Program-made: the position numbers and the translations under genes
Notes under the pieces: model-generated
Seen by the model: only the letters and a program-made list of their open reading frames with translations
The model's database searches: none
What the model was told of the DNA's origin: nothing
In this document: piece after piece, positions 9,729 through 18,639 of the stretch
Numbering within the stretch: position 1 is the first letter of the stretch
Layout of the letters: each line of letters opens with the position of its first letter
Origin: a virus
Lineage: Duplodnaviria; Caudoviricetes
DNA length: 53,686 nt
IMG/VR virus record: IMGVR_UViG_3300014491_000004
Span: 1 to 53,686 of that record
Strand: one strand, 5' to 3'

Positions 9729-12700
9729 TTAAACCTCTTCAAACAACTCTCTTTGTACCGGGGGAAACGCATCCCGCAATAGTTGGGCGTACTCTATTTC
9801 TCCCAAATAAGAGTCATCCCACTTAAGCTTTGGATCCTTCCAATTATCATCATCCCAATGAATTACGTAATGGATTACTCCTCTGGTATCCCTATATACT
9901 TTCACAACTGTACCTTTATAAATCTTTTCCCTATTCCATTCATCTGGTTGATATACAATACGCTCTCCCTGCACCCATTTTCGCTTAGTTGCTGCTTCTT
10001 TAAATAGTTCACTTTGTTGCGGTGTAATTTTATCCATTATCTCCTTATCTGCCTCTTCCGCTATATCGCTACTACCGTTCATCCACTCTTTAGGATTACG
10101 CCAACGAATTACGTAATGTCTTTCCCCGGTATTTTTATCTCTGTAACGACCTATAACTACGCCATTCCAAACGTTTGGATCAAAAATTCCTTTATACCGG
10201 ACATGTTCCCCTATCCTCCATTTCCACCCCGATGCATCTTTGAATATATTTATTTGGGCTAAGTCTAAACTATGTTCCGGTGTCTTAGTTTTATACTTAT
10301 CCCCATGATATTTGATTTTACCATTTCCCCAGTCTAACCAGCCGTCCCACTCAATTATATAAATCTTTTCCCCAGGGTAAAAAAATCCTTCTTGGCGCAT
10401 TTGAGTATATTTTTTTTGTACCCTACCCAAATCCCCGTAATGTGTATGTATTACCCTATCCCCAATTGCATACTTAAATCCAGCGGATGATTTCTCAAAG
10501 GGCAGTTCTTCCTGCGTTGATCTTAACCATTTTTCTAGAATAGCGAATGATGTAGAATTTACCAACTTACCGTCAAAATCCATCCTACGAGTGTCCCATG
10601 TAATGTTATAGTAATTACTCTCCTTGCCCCGCAGTCTAAAGGTTACTGTACCCCTTCTGTTAAGCCCTTGAACTACATCTTGAACTTCATCCCCCACTTG
10701 AAATTTGTAAGCTCGGGCACTGGTTTTTTCTTCGTCAAACATCTGCATCTGCTGAGGGTGAGGGCGTAAGTCCCCTTCCGATACTTTATTACGCTTTGAA
10801 GCCTGGTGAGGATTTTCATCAAACAAATCTAATTGCATGGGGCGCAAACTTTTTTCCATTGCACGCTGTTCTACTGGTTTTTCCATACCCAAACGACCTA
10901 GTTTGGCATCCCAAAGGACTATATATTGATATCCGCGTTGAAAGATAAGTTTTTTTATAGTTCCAAAAAATAAAATATGTGGTAATAAATGGTTATACCA
11001 GCGAACTCTATCCCCCACTTTAAACTTATGACGCCTGGAGGCTTGTACCCTACCCGATTCTTCGTCAAACAAGTCTAACTGCACGGAGCGTAAATTTACT
11101 TCCTTTGCTGGCAAACTAAAAGGTTTGGTACAGGAATCATCGTTTGGTATCGCGTCCCACAAAACTTCGTATTCATACCTACCTTTGTGATTGCGTTTTG
11201 TTATAGTTCCTATACATATGCTACCTAGCATATGTCTAACTCTATCCCCTACTCTGAATTTGAACTTAGCGGTAGCGGTTTTAAACAAACTCTGCTGAGC
11301 TGGCATCAAAGTACGATCTAATTCCCAAGCCGTATAATAATGTTCAAGAGCACCTGTGACTACATTTGTCCAGTACCATCGCACTCTGTACCAAATATCC
11401 CTAGCATCAATATCAAGCTCTTCTACTTCCCCAGATAGCAATTGATCATCTGAAAAGTATTTTATGACCTTGTCTCCTTTACGGAATCTATGTTTTGTGG
11501 AGCCTTCCTTGAATAATTCTTGCTGAGCCGGATTTAGTCTATCTTCAACAATCCAACCTTCATAAAATTCTGGTTCTGTCCAGGTTACAAGGCATAGTAC
11601 CTGTGCTTCCCCGGAACCCCACCTTTTTCCCCATCGAATTTCTTTTATCTCACCTGGTATAACACATTGTTTAGAAAATTTACTAATAGCAAGTAGGGGA
11701 TATTTTCTTACAACATAATCCCCTACTCGAAATTTCCATTTCGTAGAACTTTCCTTGAACAGATCTTGCTGCAACGGTTTTATCTCGTTTTCCCGCCAAG
11801 CGTTGGTTCCTCCCCTTCTATCATCATAAGGATCTCGCCATTTGACTACATATAGCAAGGAGGAAACCTCTTTTGACCATCTGCAACTTAATATTTCCCC
11901 TATAGCATCAACATTTGAACTCCAGCTGTTTGAGCCCCTAGATAATAGCCAGTCAGGTACATTAACTATAACTTTATCCCCCTTTTTAAATTTTTGTCTT
12001 GTGGATGAGAGTCGCTGACCTTTCCATCCCTTACCTTTCATCTCATCTGGATCTTCATCCACATCATAAGGAAGTCCTTTGTGGAGATGAGGCTTACCCT
12101 CTTCATGTAGCTGTTCTATCTTCGTTTCTTCTTGTTGTGTTAAGTCTTGAATCGCTTCCACTTCTTCATCTTCGGGGGACATCTTTTCATAGTGCTCCGG
12201 TAGGCGCATCCAAGCAGGTGTAGTTTCTTCCTCTTCTTCCAAAGATACAGGCTCTGTGGCCGGTTGATCCCGCTGAATTTCGTCTTCTTGATGCTCGTTT
12301 CCTTTTTCTTCTAGCTCCTTTTCATGGAGTAATCTAGTTTCTTCTTCATCTTGCAGCTTCTGAAGCAGACGATCCTTGACCTTTTTATCTTTAGTATCGT
12401 GAATCTTTTCTAGTTCTCTCTTTTCCTTCATCTCCTTCTGCTTCTCTTGGAGTTCTTGAGGAATTTTTTCTACCCTATCTTTCTTGTTACGGATTTCACG
12501 CTCACGCAAAATCTTTACAATATTATGCTGCACCGAGGGCAGGATCCTCTCGAACACACAATGAATATGTTTGCAGATTACATAGTTGCCCCTCAAATCC
12601 AGACGCTCTTTTGGAGCTTGAAGCAAGGGGCGAGTTGGAGGGAGTAATCCATCTCGCTGATGAAGGTTCCATTGCGCTCCCCACATTAAAAATGCTGGAC

Positions 12701-13604
12701 AGCTGCAATTGCATTTAACATCTAAGTCATTTGCCCGTTGACTATCTGCTATTTTTGTAACATCAAACTGCACTCTAACATCGTGACCCGCAGGATCGCT
12801 ATCTTCCTTGTTACACTTGACATTGTAATGGAGAGATAAAGTCTTGGGGTTAGAATCAATTAAAGTAGGAGTACAACCAGGACGATATTTTTTTGAGAAT
12901 TGGTTTGTCTGTCTTACTATATCAGGAAGAGATATGGCTGTTTTCATCATATCTTGACTAGCCCTGGGGTTAAACAAGTTACGCTGTTGTGCAAGTGGGA
13001 TTAACACCGAGGAATATGATATATTGTTCTCATTCAATTTATCCCATTTAACTTCTACTACAAGCTCGGGCCGATTTTTTACTTTTCTTAAAATTCCTGT
13101 TATAGTACCTTCTTGAGCATAGTCGTAAACCCAACACACTCTTGTACCCACGGCAAAAGTCTCCCGCAAAGCTCTTTCCTCTTTACCTATAGCGGCTGAT
13201 TTATCAAATAATTCTCCTTGAGGTTCTACAGGAACTAGGTAATTGGGCGAATACCAGTCGAGACCAAACTTTTTTTCCGTCCAGGCAGAATAGTCCCAAA
13301 TAACCCCAACTTCCATTGTTTTATCTCTATTATTATATTGAAGCTCCTTTACCGTACCCAGAAAATCATATGTTTTCCCAGAAGTATCATTAATATGAAT
13401 AAACCTCTTTACTTTAGTACCGGGAGCAAATTTTTGACGAAAAGCTCTTTCCTCTTTACCCATAGCTGCGGTTTTTGGATCCTCGAATATTTCCCCCGTA
13501 GCAAATTTATCCCTTAACTCAGCTTGCTTTTCTCGGTGCTCTATGTGGCGTAGGGCAGCGGTGAGCGGGATTGTGATGTATTTGGAAGCATCGACCATGG
13601 ACAA
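9729..13604 (-). CDS. Modular polyprotein B (1291 aa): SWIM-type Zn-finger core flanked by 11 SH3/KOW-like modules (plus one truncated), each ending in a QxxLF-type motif
   Basis: Core CNCSCPAF...CKH. Repeats follow F[KR]VGD[RK]V..G.[IV]...Y.V.W...L.P.QxxLF and most are followed by K-x-A/S. Confidence 0.8.
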   Translation of the reverse strand: MSMVDASKYITIPLTAALRHIEHREKQAELRDKFATGEIFEDPKTAAMGKEERAFRQKFAPGTKVKRFIHINDTSGKTYDFLGTVKELQYNNRDKTMEVGVIWDYSAWTEKKFGLDWYSPNYLVPVEPQGELFDKSAAIGKEERALRETFAVGTRVCWVYDYAQEGTITGILRKVKNRPELVVEVKWDKLNENNISYSSVLIPLAQQRNLFNPRASQDMMKTAISLPDIVRQTNQFSKKYRPGCTPTLIDSNPKTLSLHYNVKCNKEDSDPAGHDVRVQFDVTKIADSQRANDLDVKCNCSCPAFLMWGAQWNLHQRDGLLPPTRPLLQAPKERLDLRGNYVICKHIHCVFERILPSVQHNIVKILREREIRNKKDRVEKIPQELQEKQKEMKEKRELEKIHDTKDKKVKDRLLQKLQDEEETRLLHEKELEEKGNEHQEDEIQRDQPATEPVSLEEEEETTPAWMRLPEHYEKMSPEDEEVEAIQDLTQQEETKIEQLHEEGKPHLHKGLPYDVDEDPDEMKGKGWKGQRLSSTRQKFKKGDKVIVNVPDWLLSRGSNSWSSNVDAIGEILSCRWSKEVSSLLYVVKWRDPYDDRRGGTNAWRENEIKPLQQDLFKESSTKWKFRVGDYVVRKYPLLAISKFSKQCVIPGEIKEIRWGKRWGSGEAQVLCLVTWTEPEFYEGWIVEDRLNPAQQELFKEGSTKHRFRKGDKVIKYFSDDQLLSGEVEELDIDARDIWYRVRWYWTNVVTGALEHYYTAWELDRTLMPAQQSLFKTATAKFKFRVGDRVRHMLGSICIGTITKRNHKGRYEYEVLWDAIPNDDSCTKPFSLPAKEVNLRSVQLDLFDEESGRVQASRRHKFKVGDRVRWYNHLLPHILFFGTIKKLIFQRGYQYIVLWDAKLGRLGMEKPVEQRAMEKSLRPMQLDLFDENPHQASKRNKVSEGDLRPHPQQMQMFDEEKTSARAYKFQVGDEVQDVVQGLNRRGTVTFRLRGKESNYYNITWDTRRMDFDGKLVNSTSFAILEKWLRSTQEELPFEKSSAGFKYAIGDRVIHTHYGDLGRVQKKYTQMRQEGFFYPGEKIYIIEWDGWLDWGNGKIKYHGDKYKTKTPEHSLDLAQINIFKDASGWKWRIGEHVRYKGIFDPNVWNGVVIGRYRDKNTGERHYVIRWRNPKEWMNGSSDIAEEADKEIMDKITPQQSELFKEAATKRKWVQGERIVYQPDEWNREKIYKGTVVKVYRDTRGVIHYVIHWDDDNWKDPKLKWDDSYLGEIEYAQLLRDAFPPVQRELFEEV

Positions 13605-13649
13605 AATTAGCCCTCATCATATATTCCAAAAGATTGTTAGCTAAGGGGG

Positions 13650-13979
13650 TTACCAAGCAAATGGGCTAGAATTGCCTTCACCGAAAAATGTGATGCGGAT
13701 TTTTCCCATATCTCCGGAGCAAAATCCTAAAATCATCAGGTTCCGGATAATTCTCATTTTGGCATATTTCCTGAATTCGCTTAAAGTCAGATTGGCTTTG
13801 AGGTTGTTGCAATAGCCACACGCGGGAACAAGATTTTCATCGGTATTTTTACCACCGCGGCTGCGGGGCTTGGCGTGATCAATGGTAAGTTCTTCTGGTT
13901 TGGCACCACAGTACCAACACCTACCTTGACATTTTTTTGATGCTCTTACCCATTGATTTTTTCGGGGGGATCGAATCAT
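13650..13979 (-). CDS. Small HNH endonuclease
   Basis: CWYCG...TIDHAKPRSRGG....NLVPACGYCN..K is a canonical HNH with Zn ligands. Confidence 0.9.
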   Translation of the reverse strand: MIRSPRKNQWVRASKKCQGRCWYCGAKPEELTIDHAKPRSRGGKNTDENLVPACGYCNNLKANLTLSEFRKYAKMRIIRNLMILGFCSGDMGKIRITFFGEGNSSPFAW

Positions 13980-13989
13980 TGAAGACTGT

Positions 13990-14454
13990 TCATATAGTTT
14001 TGTCTAAGCCCATTCTACGCCTAAATTCCGGATCATCGGTAGAACTTTCCTTGGGAACAGCTTTTCCTCGTTTGACAGATGGGGTAAATTCTTCTTCAGC
14101 AAAGCCTTGTTTCTTGACGGGGGGACTGCCTTGGGGACTGCCTTGGGGACTGCCTTGGGGACTGCCTTGGGGACTGCCTTGGAGTTTAGCGATAGGCTCT
14201 GATGATGTTTTAGGGGCTTTAGGGACGACTTTAGGTGCAGATGGGGCTTGGACTACTTCTTGAATAAATTCGCTCTTTACAAGGGCTGCTAAGCCCAATT
14301 GAGTCTGTTTTACAGCTTTTATAATCTCCCCATTTCGATATACAGTAAGCCGGTTAGCGTTTCCAATATCATGAACCAGAATATCTCCTACTTTAACGAA
14401 AAATCCAAAATCGGCAAAGTGGATTGGGGACTTAACTAGATAATTTTTTTGCAT
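13990..14454 (-). CDS. Hypothetical late protein with GSPQ repeats
   Basis: 154-aa ORF with a GAGGGAG SD, downstream of the capsid region. Confidence 0.65.
   Translation of the reverse strand: MQKNYLVKSPIHFADFGFFVKVGDILVHDIGNANRLTVYRNGEIIKAVKQTQLGLAALVKSEFIQEVVQAPSAPKVVPKAPKTSSEPIAKLQGSPQGSPQGSPQGSPQGSPPVKKQGFAEEEFTPSVKRGKAVPKESSTDDPEFRRRMGLDKTI
14121..14182. repeat. 12-bp tandem repeat (ggggactgcctt) x5 encoding QGSP
   Basis: Read directly from the sequence. Confidence 0.95.
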
Positions 14455-14469
14455 GCAATCTCCCTCTAC

Positions 14470-16212
14470 TTAAATACTGGGAATTGGCCAGTTTTGAAAG
14501 TTGAAGGAATACCTCCTCTTACCACTATCCCAAATCCTGTACCAGCCTTTGGCTTCCGCAGCAGATTTTTCATTAATTCCGGCTTTCACTCTCATGGCAT
14601 ATTTGGATACACGCCTACTTCCGTTCGTGTATGAAAAGTTGGGTTTTATTTCTTCTTCAAAATCAAACCCCAACTTTTCATATAGATTTCCCGTATGAAA
14701 TCTATTATCAGAAAATGTAATAATACGTTTGAATCCCATAGCTTTTAATTTTGGGATAGATAAGTTAAGAGCTTTCTCATGCGGGTTCCAAGCTTTATAT
14801 TGATGATCCCAGCAAGCTCTGTGCCATAACACAGTACCTTCTTCCCGCTTCATGAAGACCCAAACACCCACTATCTGCCCTTTATATTTGGCGGTAACTG
14901 TTAAGCATCCAGAGGCAGCCCCAAGATAATGATATTGATCAAGAAAAGCACGAGCATCGGATGGGATTTTATCAAATATCTCATAAGTAGGTTTAATTCT
15001 TTTTTTACGGGTAGGAGATAAAATTTCCTGTATTTGAGCTTTGATGATACTTTGTTTAGTTTCCCATTCATCTGAATATATTTGAATCAAACGATCCTTA
15101 CGGGATTTAGCTAATAGGTATTTCTCCCAGTCATTTTTATTGGGGTTCTTATACTTTTCACTATGCCAAATAAGACCATGATATTCAATAGCTAACTTTT
15201 TTGCTGGGACATATACATCATATGACCTGCGACTATTGAGTAATGGGTAACAAGCAGGTAAGGTATCAGGAGATAATAAAGTTACAAAGTTTCTTACCTC
15301 TGATTCTTTTGAAAACTCACTTTGTCCTATTTGCTGGCACCCACATGAACGAGTACTACCATCATTTACATCGGCTAATCTTGCTGATATTTTATTACCA
15401 CAAGCACAAATAAATTGAAGTTTTTTGTTAGACATAGGAGGATATTCTCCTTTTTGTCCTTGTATTAAAGAAAGATTACCCCATTTGAGGGTTCCCCAGT
15501 AACCTGTAGAAAAATAATTACACTCCCCGCAGGATTGTTGATATCCTTGTGTGACATGACCAAATTGTATTTTTTTAACTTTCCCACACATACACAAAAA
15601 TGAAAATTTTTTTGATGAAAAAGGATGTAGCGTTTCTGGAAAATTAAAATCATGTAGTTTTAATTTACCCCAGCGTTTCCTATACCAGTATTTTTTGTTT
15701 TTTTGGTTACATCTACCACAACTCTTAGTATCCCCTTTTGTTACATTTTGAAAAATTGCCATATGTGTATTGCCGCAATCACATAAAAATTTAAATTTTT
15801 TATTGGAGCTAGCCCCCCACTCAGTAGGCAAATTCTCCTCTTGTATCAACTTTAACTTACCAAATTTTTGATTGATCCATGTGCTTTGAGATTGATAAGT
15901 ACATTTCCCACAGCTTTTAGTGTTTCCACTACTTACCGCTTGAAATTTCATGTATATCGATCGAGAACAAGTGCATACAAAACAAAATTTGTTGTGAGAA
16001 TTTTTAGGCAATTCAACAGGTAAGTTTTGCCTGGTATCAAGTTTCAAATGACCAAAGGATTGGTCTAACCAGTAATTTATAGGTTTGTAAGAGCATTTTC
16101 CGCAGGTTTTAGTTTTAGCTAAATTTCCATAAAGTATGTTGGATTTCCTGCCGCATTGGCATAGCACGGCTATTTTTGTACGAGACAACGGAAATTTTTG
16201 AGTAACTAGCAT
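14470..16212 (-). CDS. Homing endonuclease-like protein: repeated CxCG...SCGxC Zn modules, PD-(D/E)xK (Hef/Vsr-like) nuclease and a C-terminal GNAT/Mom-like domain
   Basis: About five CxCG...KSCGKC-type repeats, YDVYVP..KLAIEYHGLIWH, then FLDQYHYLG...TFSDNRF..GNLYEKLGF...RIWDSG. Confidence 0.75.
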   Translation of the reverse strand: MLVTQKFPLSRTKIAVLCQCGRKSNILYGNLAKTKTCGKCSYKPINYWLDQSFGHLKLDTRQNLPVELPKNSHNKFCFVCTCSRSIYMKFQAVSSGNTKSCGKCTYQSQSTWINQKFGKLKLIQEENLPTEWGASSNKKFKFLCDCGNTHMAIFQNVTKGDTKSCGRCNQKNKKYWYRKRWGKLKLHDFNFPETLHPFSSKKFSFLCMCGKVKKIQFGHVTQGYQQSCGECNYFSTGYWGTLKWGNLSLIQGQKGEYPPMSNKKLQFICACGNKISARLADVNDGSTRSCGCQQIGQSEFSKESEVRNFVTLLSPDTLPACYPLLNSRRSYDVYVPAKKLAIEYHGLIWHSEKYKNPNKNDWEKYLLAKSRKDRLIQIYSDEWETKQSIIKAQIQEILSPTRKKRIKPTYEIFDKIPSDARAFLDQYHYLGAASGCLTVTAKYKGQIVGVWVFMKREEGTVLWHRACWDHQYKAWNPHEKALNLSIPKLKAMGFKRIITFSDNRFHTGNLYEKLGFDFEEEIKPNFSYTNGSRRVSKYAMRVKAGINEKSAAEAKGWYRIWDSGKRRYSFNFQNWPIPSI

Positions 16213-16263
16213 AATAAGTCTATATAGACAATACTCAAAAATTTGTTAGTAAAATTTTAGGGT

Positions 16264-16296
16264 AAAAAGAAAGGCGAACTTTTTAGGTTCGCCTTT
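16264..16296 (-). terminator. Rho-independent terminator
   Basis: aaaggcgaac / gttcgccttt stem followed by a U-rich tract on the minus strand. Confidence 0.75.
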
Positions 16297-16323
16297 AAAG
16301 ATAAGCAGTTGAAAATAAGTAGT

Positions 16324-17529
16324 TTAGTTCTCTCCAGTGTTAACAGTAAGTCTTTGAACCTGTATTTCTGATGTTTTCTTGGTGTGGAATGCTTTCAGAC
16401 TTTCGGAGCGCTTGAGTCTCGTCGCTTCCGATTGCGTTTTTCCCTCAAGGGATTTTGATATCTTGTCGCGGGTGGCGGCGTCCCGTTCCTTGCCAAAGAA
16501 CACATGGTTCTCGCCACGGGGACGGGCGGCGTCAAGCGCGGCTACGCCTTCCGGGTTGCTGGCATAAAATTCCTTGTGCGATTCTGACATATTATCTTTG
16601 GTTTCTTTGGTATGGGACTTGCCAAGCATAGTCAGACCGTTGGTAGGTACAATGCCCTTCATTGATTCGGAACGAGCTTGACGAGATTCGTCGGACCATT
16701 GCCAGTGTTTGCCTTTGGCGATTGAGATTCCCTGACCGACAGGGTGGGTAGATGGCTGCGGTCGTCCTTTTAGGGTCTTGCTGATCTTCGCTGCAACTTC
16801 AGGTGGACAGCCTAAGATACGACGGTGATGCTGGTCGCCCCTGGGCATGTAGGAATAGGCATCGTCTTTGGTTTGTTCTTTTTCATGCCGCTCAGTGATG
16901 GCTTTACTGATAGCCGTTTTGGTTTCGTCGGTTTGTAAGTTCTTACCAAGAACGTATCCGCTCTGTAGATAAACCGCCATCTCGCTAAGTAGGATACGGT
17001 GCTGTTCCACGCCACGCATCACCCATACACGCTTAGGGACACCCGTCGTCCAGCCGAGGGCGACGTATGATTCGACTTGGTCTGGCGGGCACACCGAACA
17101 TTCTTTCTCGGTGCGGTAGATTCTGACCCAGCCTTTGATAGTTGACTCCACGCCTTGGGCGCGGGCTTCCTCGTAAGCTTTGGCTACATCCTTAACCAGC
17201 GCCTCGTCGAAATTCTGTTCCACGAGTTCCACGTAGCGCAAGCCAACCATGAGAATGAACGCGGCACGCGCAGCGGAGACACCCGGAAGAGCCCTGTAGA
17301 GGTAGTAGTGCGCCAGCAGATGGTCGGCGGGTCGGAGGTCAATCCTGTTCCATGAGTGGGTTTGGAAAGATTTGTAGTCCGGAAACACAGCTTGCGGCAG
17401 GATATGGTGCCTGTCGAACAGCCCTGTTGGTTGTGGGGTCTCTTCCAAGAAGCTGATGTAGCGATCCAGCCAAAACGGGTTGTGATCTAGTTTCGCCAGA
17501 ATAGTTTTGATATCCATATCGCCCTCCAA
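16324..17529 (-). CDS. Free-standing HNH homing endonuclease with NUMOD3-like repeats, whose C-terminus duplicates the capsid C-terminus
   Basis: RHHILP...N...L...DHLLAH, GKSHTKETKDNMSESH and RGENHVFFGK. It ends VQRLTVNTGEN and is visibly GC-richer than its flanks. Confidence 0.85.
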   Translation of the reverse strand: MEGDMDIKTILAKLDHNPFWLDRYISFLEETPQPTGLFDRHHILPQAVFPDYKSFQTHSWNRIDLRPADHLLAHYYLYRALPGVSAARAAFILMVGLRYVELVEQNFDEALVKDVAKAYEEARAQGVESTIKGWVRIYRTEKECSVCPPDQVESYVALGWTTGVPKRVWVMRGVEQHRILLSEMAVYLQSGYVLGKNLQTDETKTAISKAITERHEKEQTKDDAYSYMPRGDQHHRRILGCPPEVAAKISKTLKGRPQPSTHPVGQGISIAKGKHWQWSDESRQARSESMKGIVPTNGLTMLGKSHTKETKDNMSESHKEFYASNPEGVAALDAARPRGENHVFFGKERDAATRDKISKSLEGKTQSEATRLKRSESLKAFHTKKTSEIQVQRLTVNTGEN

Positions 17530-17600
17530 GACTATAATACCATGTATTTAGAAAATATCAATAATTGAAAATGTAAAAATTAAAAAACCATTTACTGAGC

Positions 17601-17635
17601 AAAAGAAAACGGCTGACCTTGTGGGCCAGCCGTTT
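17601..17635 (-). terminator. Rho-independent terminator after the major capsid gene
   Basis: aaacggctg / cagccgttt stem followed by U-rich sequence on the minus strand. Confidence 0.75.
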
Positions 17636-17662
17636 AAAGATAAGCAGTTGAAAATAAGTAGT

Positions 17663-18622
17663 TTAGTTCTCGCCTGTGTTGGCGGTTGCAACGAAGCGAC
17701 CGTTAACAGTAAGTCTCTGGACTCCGCTCGGATTAAAAATGAGGAAGCCAAGATTCTCAAAAATAGAGAACCCGATTTGACGTAAGTCAGGTCTATCTGC
17801 ACTCATGACCGTTAGCGGAATTCTTTCGGGAATGACTCCGAGGAATTCAGCATCGGCCAAAATGTAAATGCAGCCATAACCTACTTTACGAGATTGGAGA
17901 AGAGTTGCACCCCACAAATATCCCATGACCCCAGTCTTTAAAAGCTTACGCTGAGTTTCACGGTCGATGTTTTGTTGAGTCCACTTCAACAAATCCGTAT
18001 AATCACGCGGATTGAAGAAGCAGAAAGCTACAGACAAATCATGACGCTGCACTTGACCAAAGCCGTCTGCCATTGAGTTGAGGTCAATAGGAGCGTTGAT
18101 CTGAATGTCCGGGTTATAAACCGGGTCGTTAGCAGCATGCGTTGCCGCAGCGTTAGCGACTGCATCGAAGAGCGAAAAAACGTACGAGTCTTCTTGCGCA
18201 CCAACTTCAGCTTTCGCCAAGTTGAGTGAACGAGCGACGAGATCGAATCTGCGTTCCTTGATTTGGGTAATAGGAATCATTGGGTTCGACACAATTTCAA
18301 ATGTGGGAACCGTGACACGCTTTGGTTTAGTAACGCGGACAATATCTCCGCCTTCTTCACCCACAACGAATGCTTCAACAAAGGACGAACCAGGTGTTGA
18401 ACCAACCGTCATAGCTGCGGTGTCAAATTCTTTATCGTAGATCGGCAGTGCGCCGTCCGGTAGAGTTTCGACCATCAATGCTTTACGAGCGATGGACATA
18501 TAATCTCTACGACGACGAAGGGAAGGTCCCAACGACGCCGCTAGTTTTTGTCTGCCACCGGCTGTCTTGAGCAGTTGCCCAAGCATTGCGGTCTGTTGCT
18601 GAGTACGTGAAAGGTTTGCCAT
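17663..18622 (-). CDS. Major capsid protein (HK97-like fold)
   Basis: 319 aa, located after protease, scaffold and decoration genes. Strong AGGAGAGG SD and its own terminator. Motifs LPDGALPIYDK, VPTFEI.SNP.I....IK.RRF and IGFSIFE.LG..I.NP.GV. Confidence 0.85.
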   Translation of the reverse strand: MANLSRTQQQTAMLGQLLKTAGGRQKLAASLGPSLRRRRDYMSIARKALMVETLPDGALPIYDKEFDTAAMTVGSTPGSSFVEAFVVGEEGGDIVRVTKPKRVTVPTFEIVSNPMIPITQIKERRFDLVARSLNLAKAEVGAQEDSYVFSLFDAVANAAATHAANDPVYNPDIQINAPIDLNSMADGFGQVQRHDLSVAFCFFNPRDYTDLLKWTQQNIDRETQRKLLKTGVMGYLWGATLLQSRKVGYGCIYILADAEFLGVIPERIPLTVMSADRPDLRQIGFSIFENLGFLIFNPSGVQRLTVNGRFVATANTGEN

Positions 18623-18639
18623 ATTTTATTTTCCTCTCC

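Larger units (their letters stand above)
16294..17671. repeat. 39-bp perfect direct repeat (16294..16332 = 17633..17671) flanking the HNH gene
   Basis: tttaaagataagcagttgaaaataagtagtttagttctc occurs twice. A further gttaacagtaagtct occurs at 16339 and 17702. Confidence 0.9.

Noticed and set aside
9729-12003. Diversity-generating retroelement behind the variable modules
   Set aside because: No reverse transcriptase in the window, and no near-identical TR/VR pair differing only at adenines. The modules differ throughout, including indels.
14121-14182. Possible CRISPR array
   Set aside because: Head-to-tail 12-bp repeats with no spacers, in frame within a gene, and no cas genes in the window.
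17548-17802. 84-aa ORF as an MCP frameshift extension
   Set aside because: It runs through the terminator hairpin, has low-information sequence, and shows no evident slippery site.
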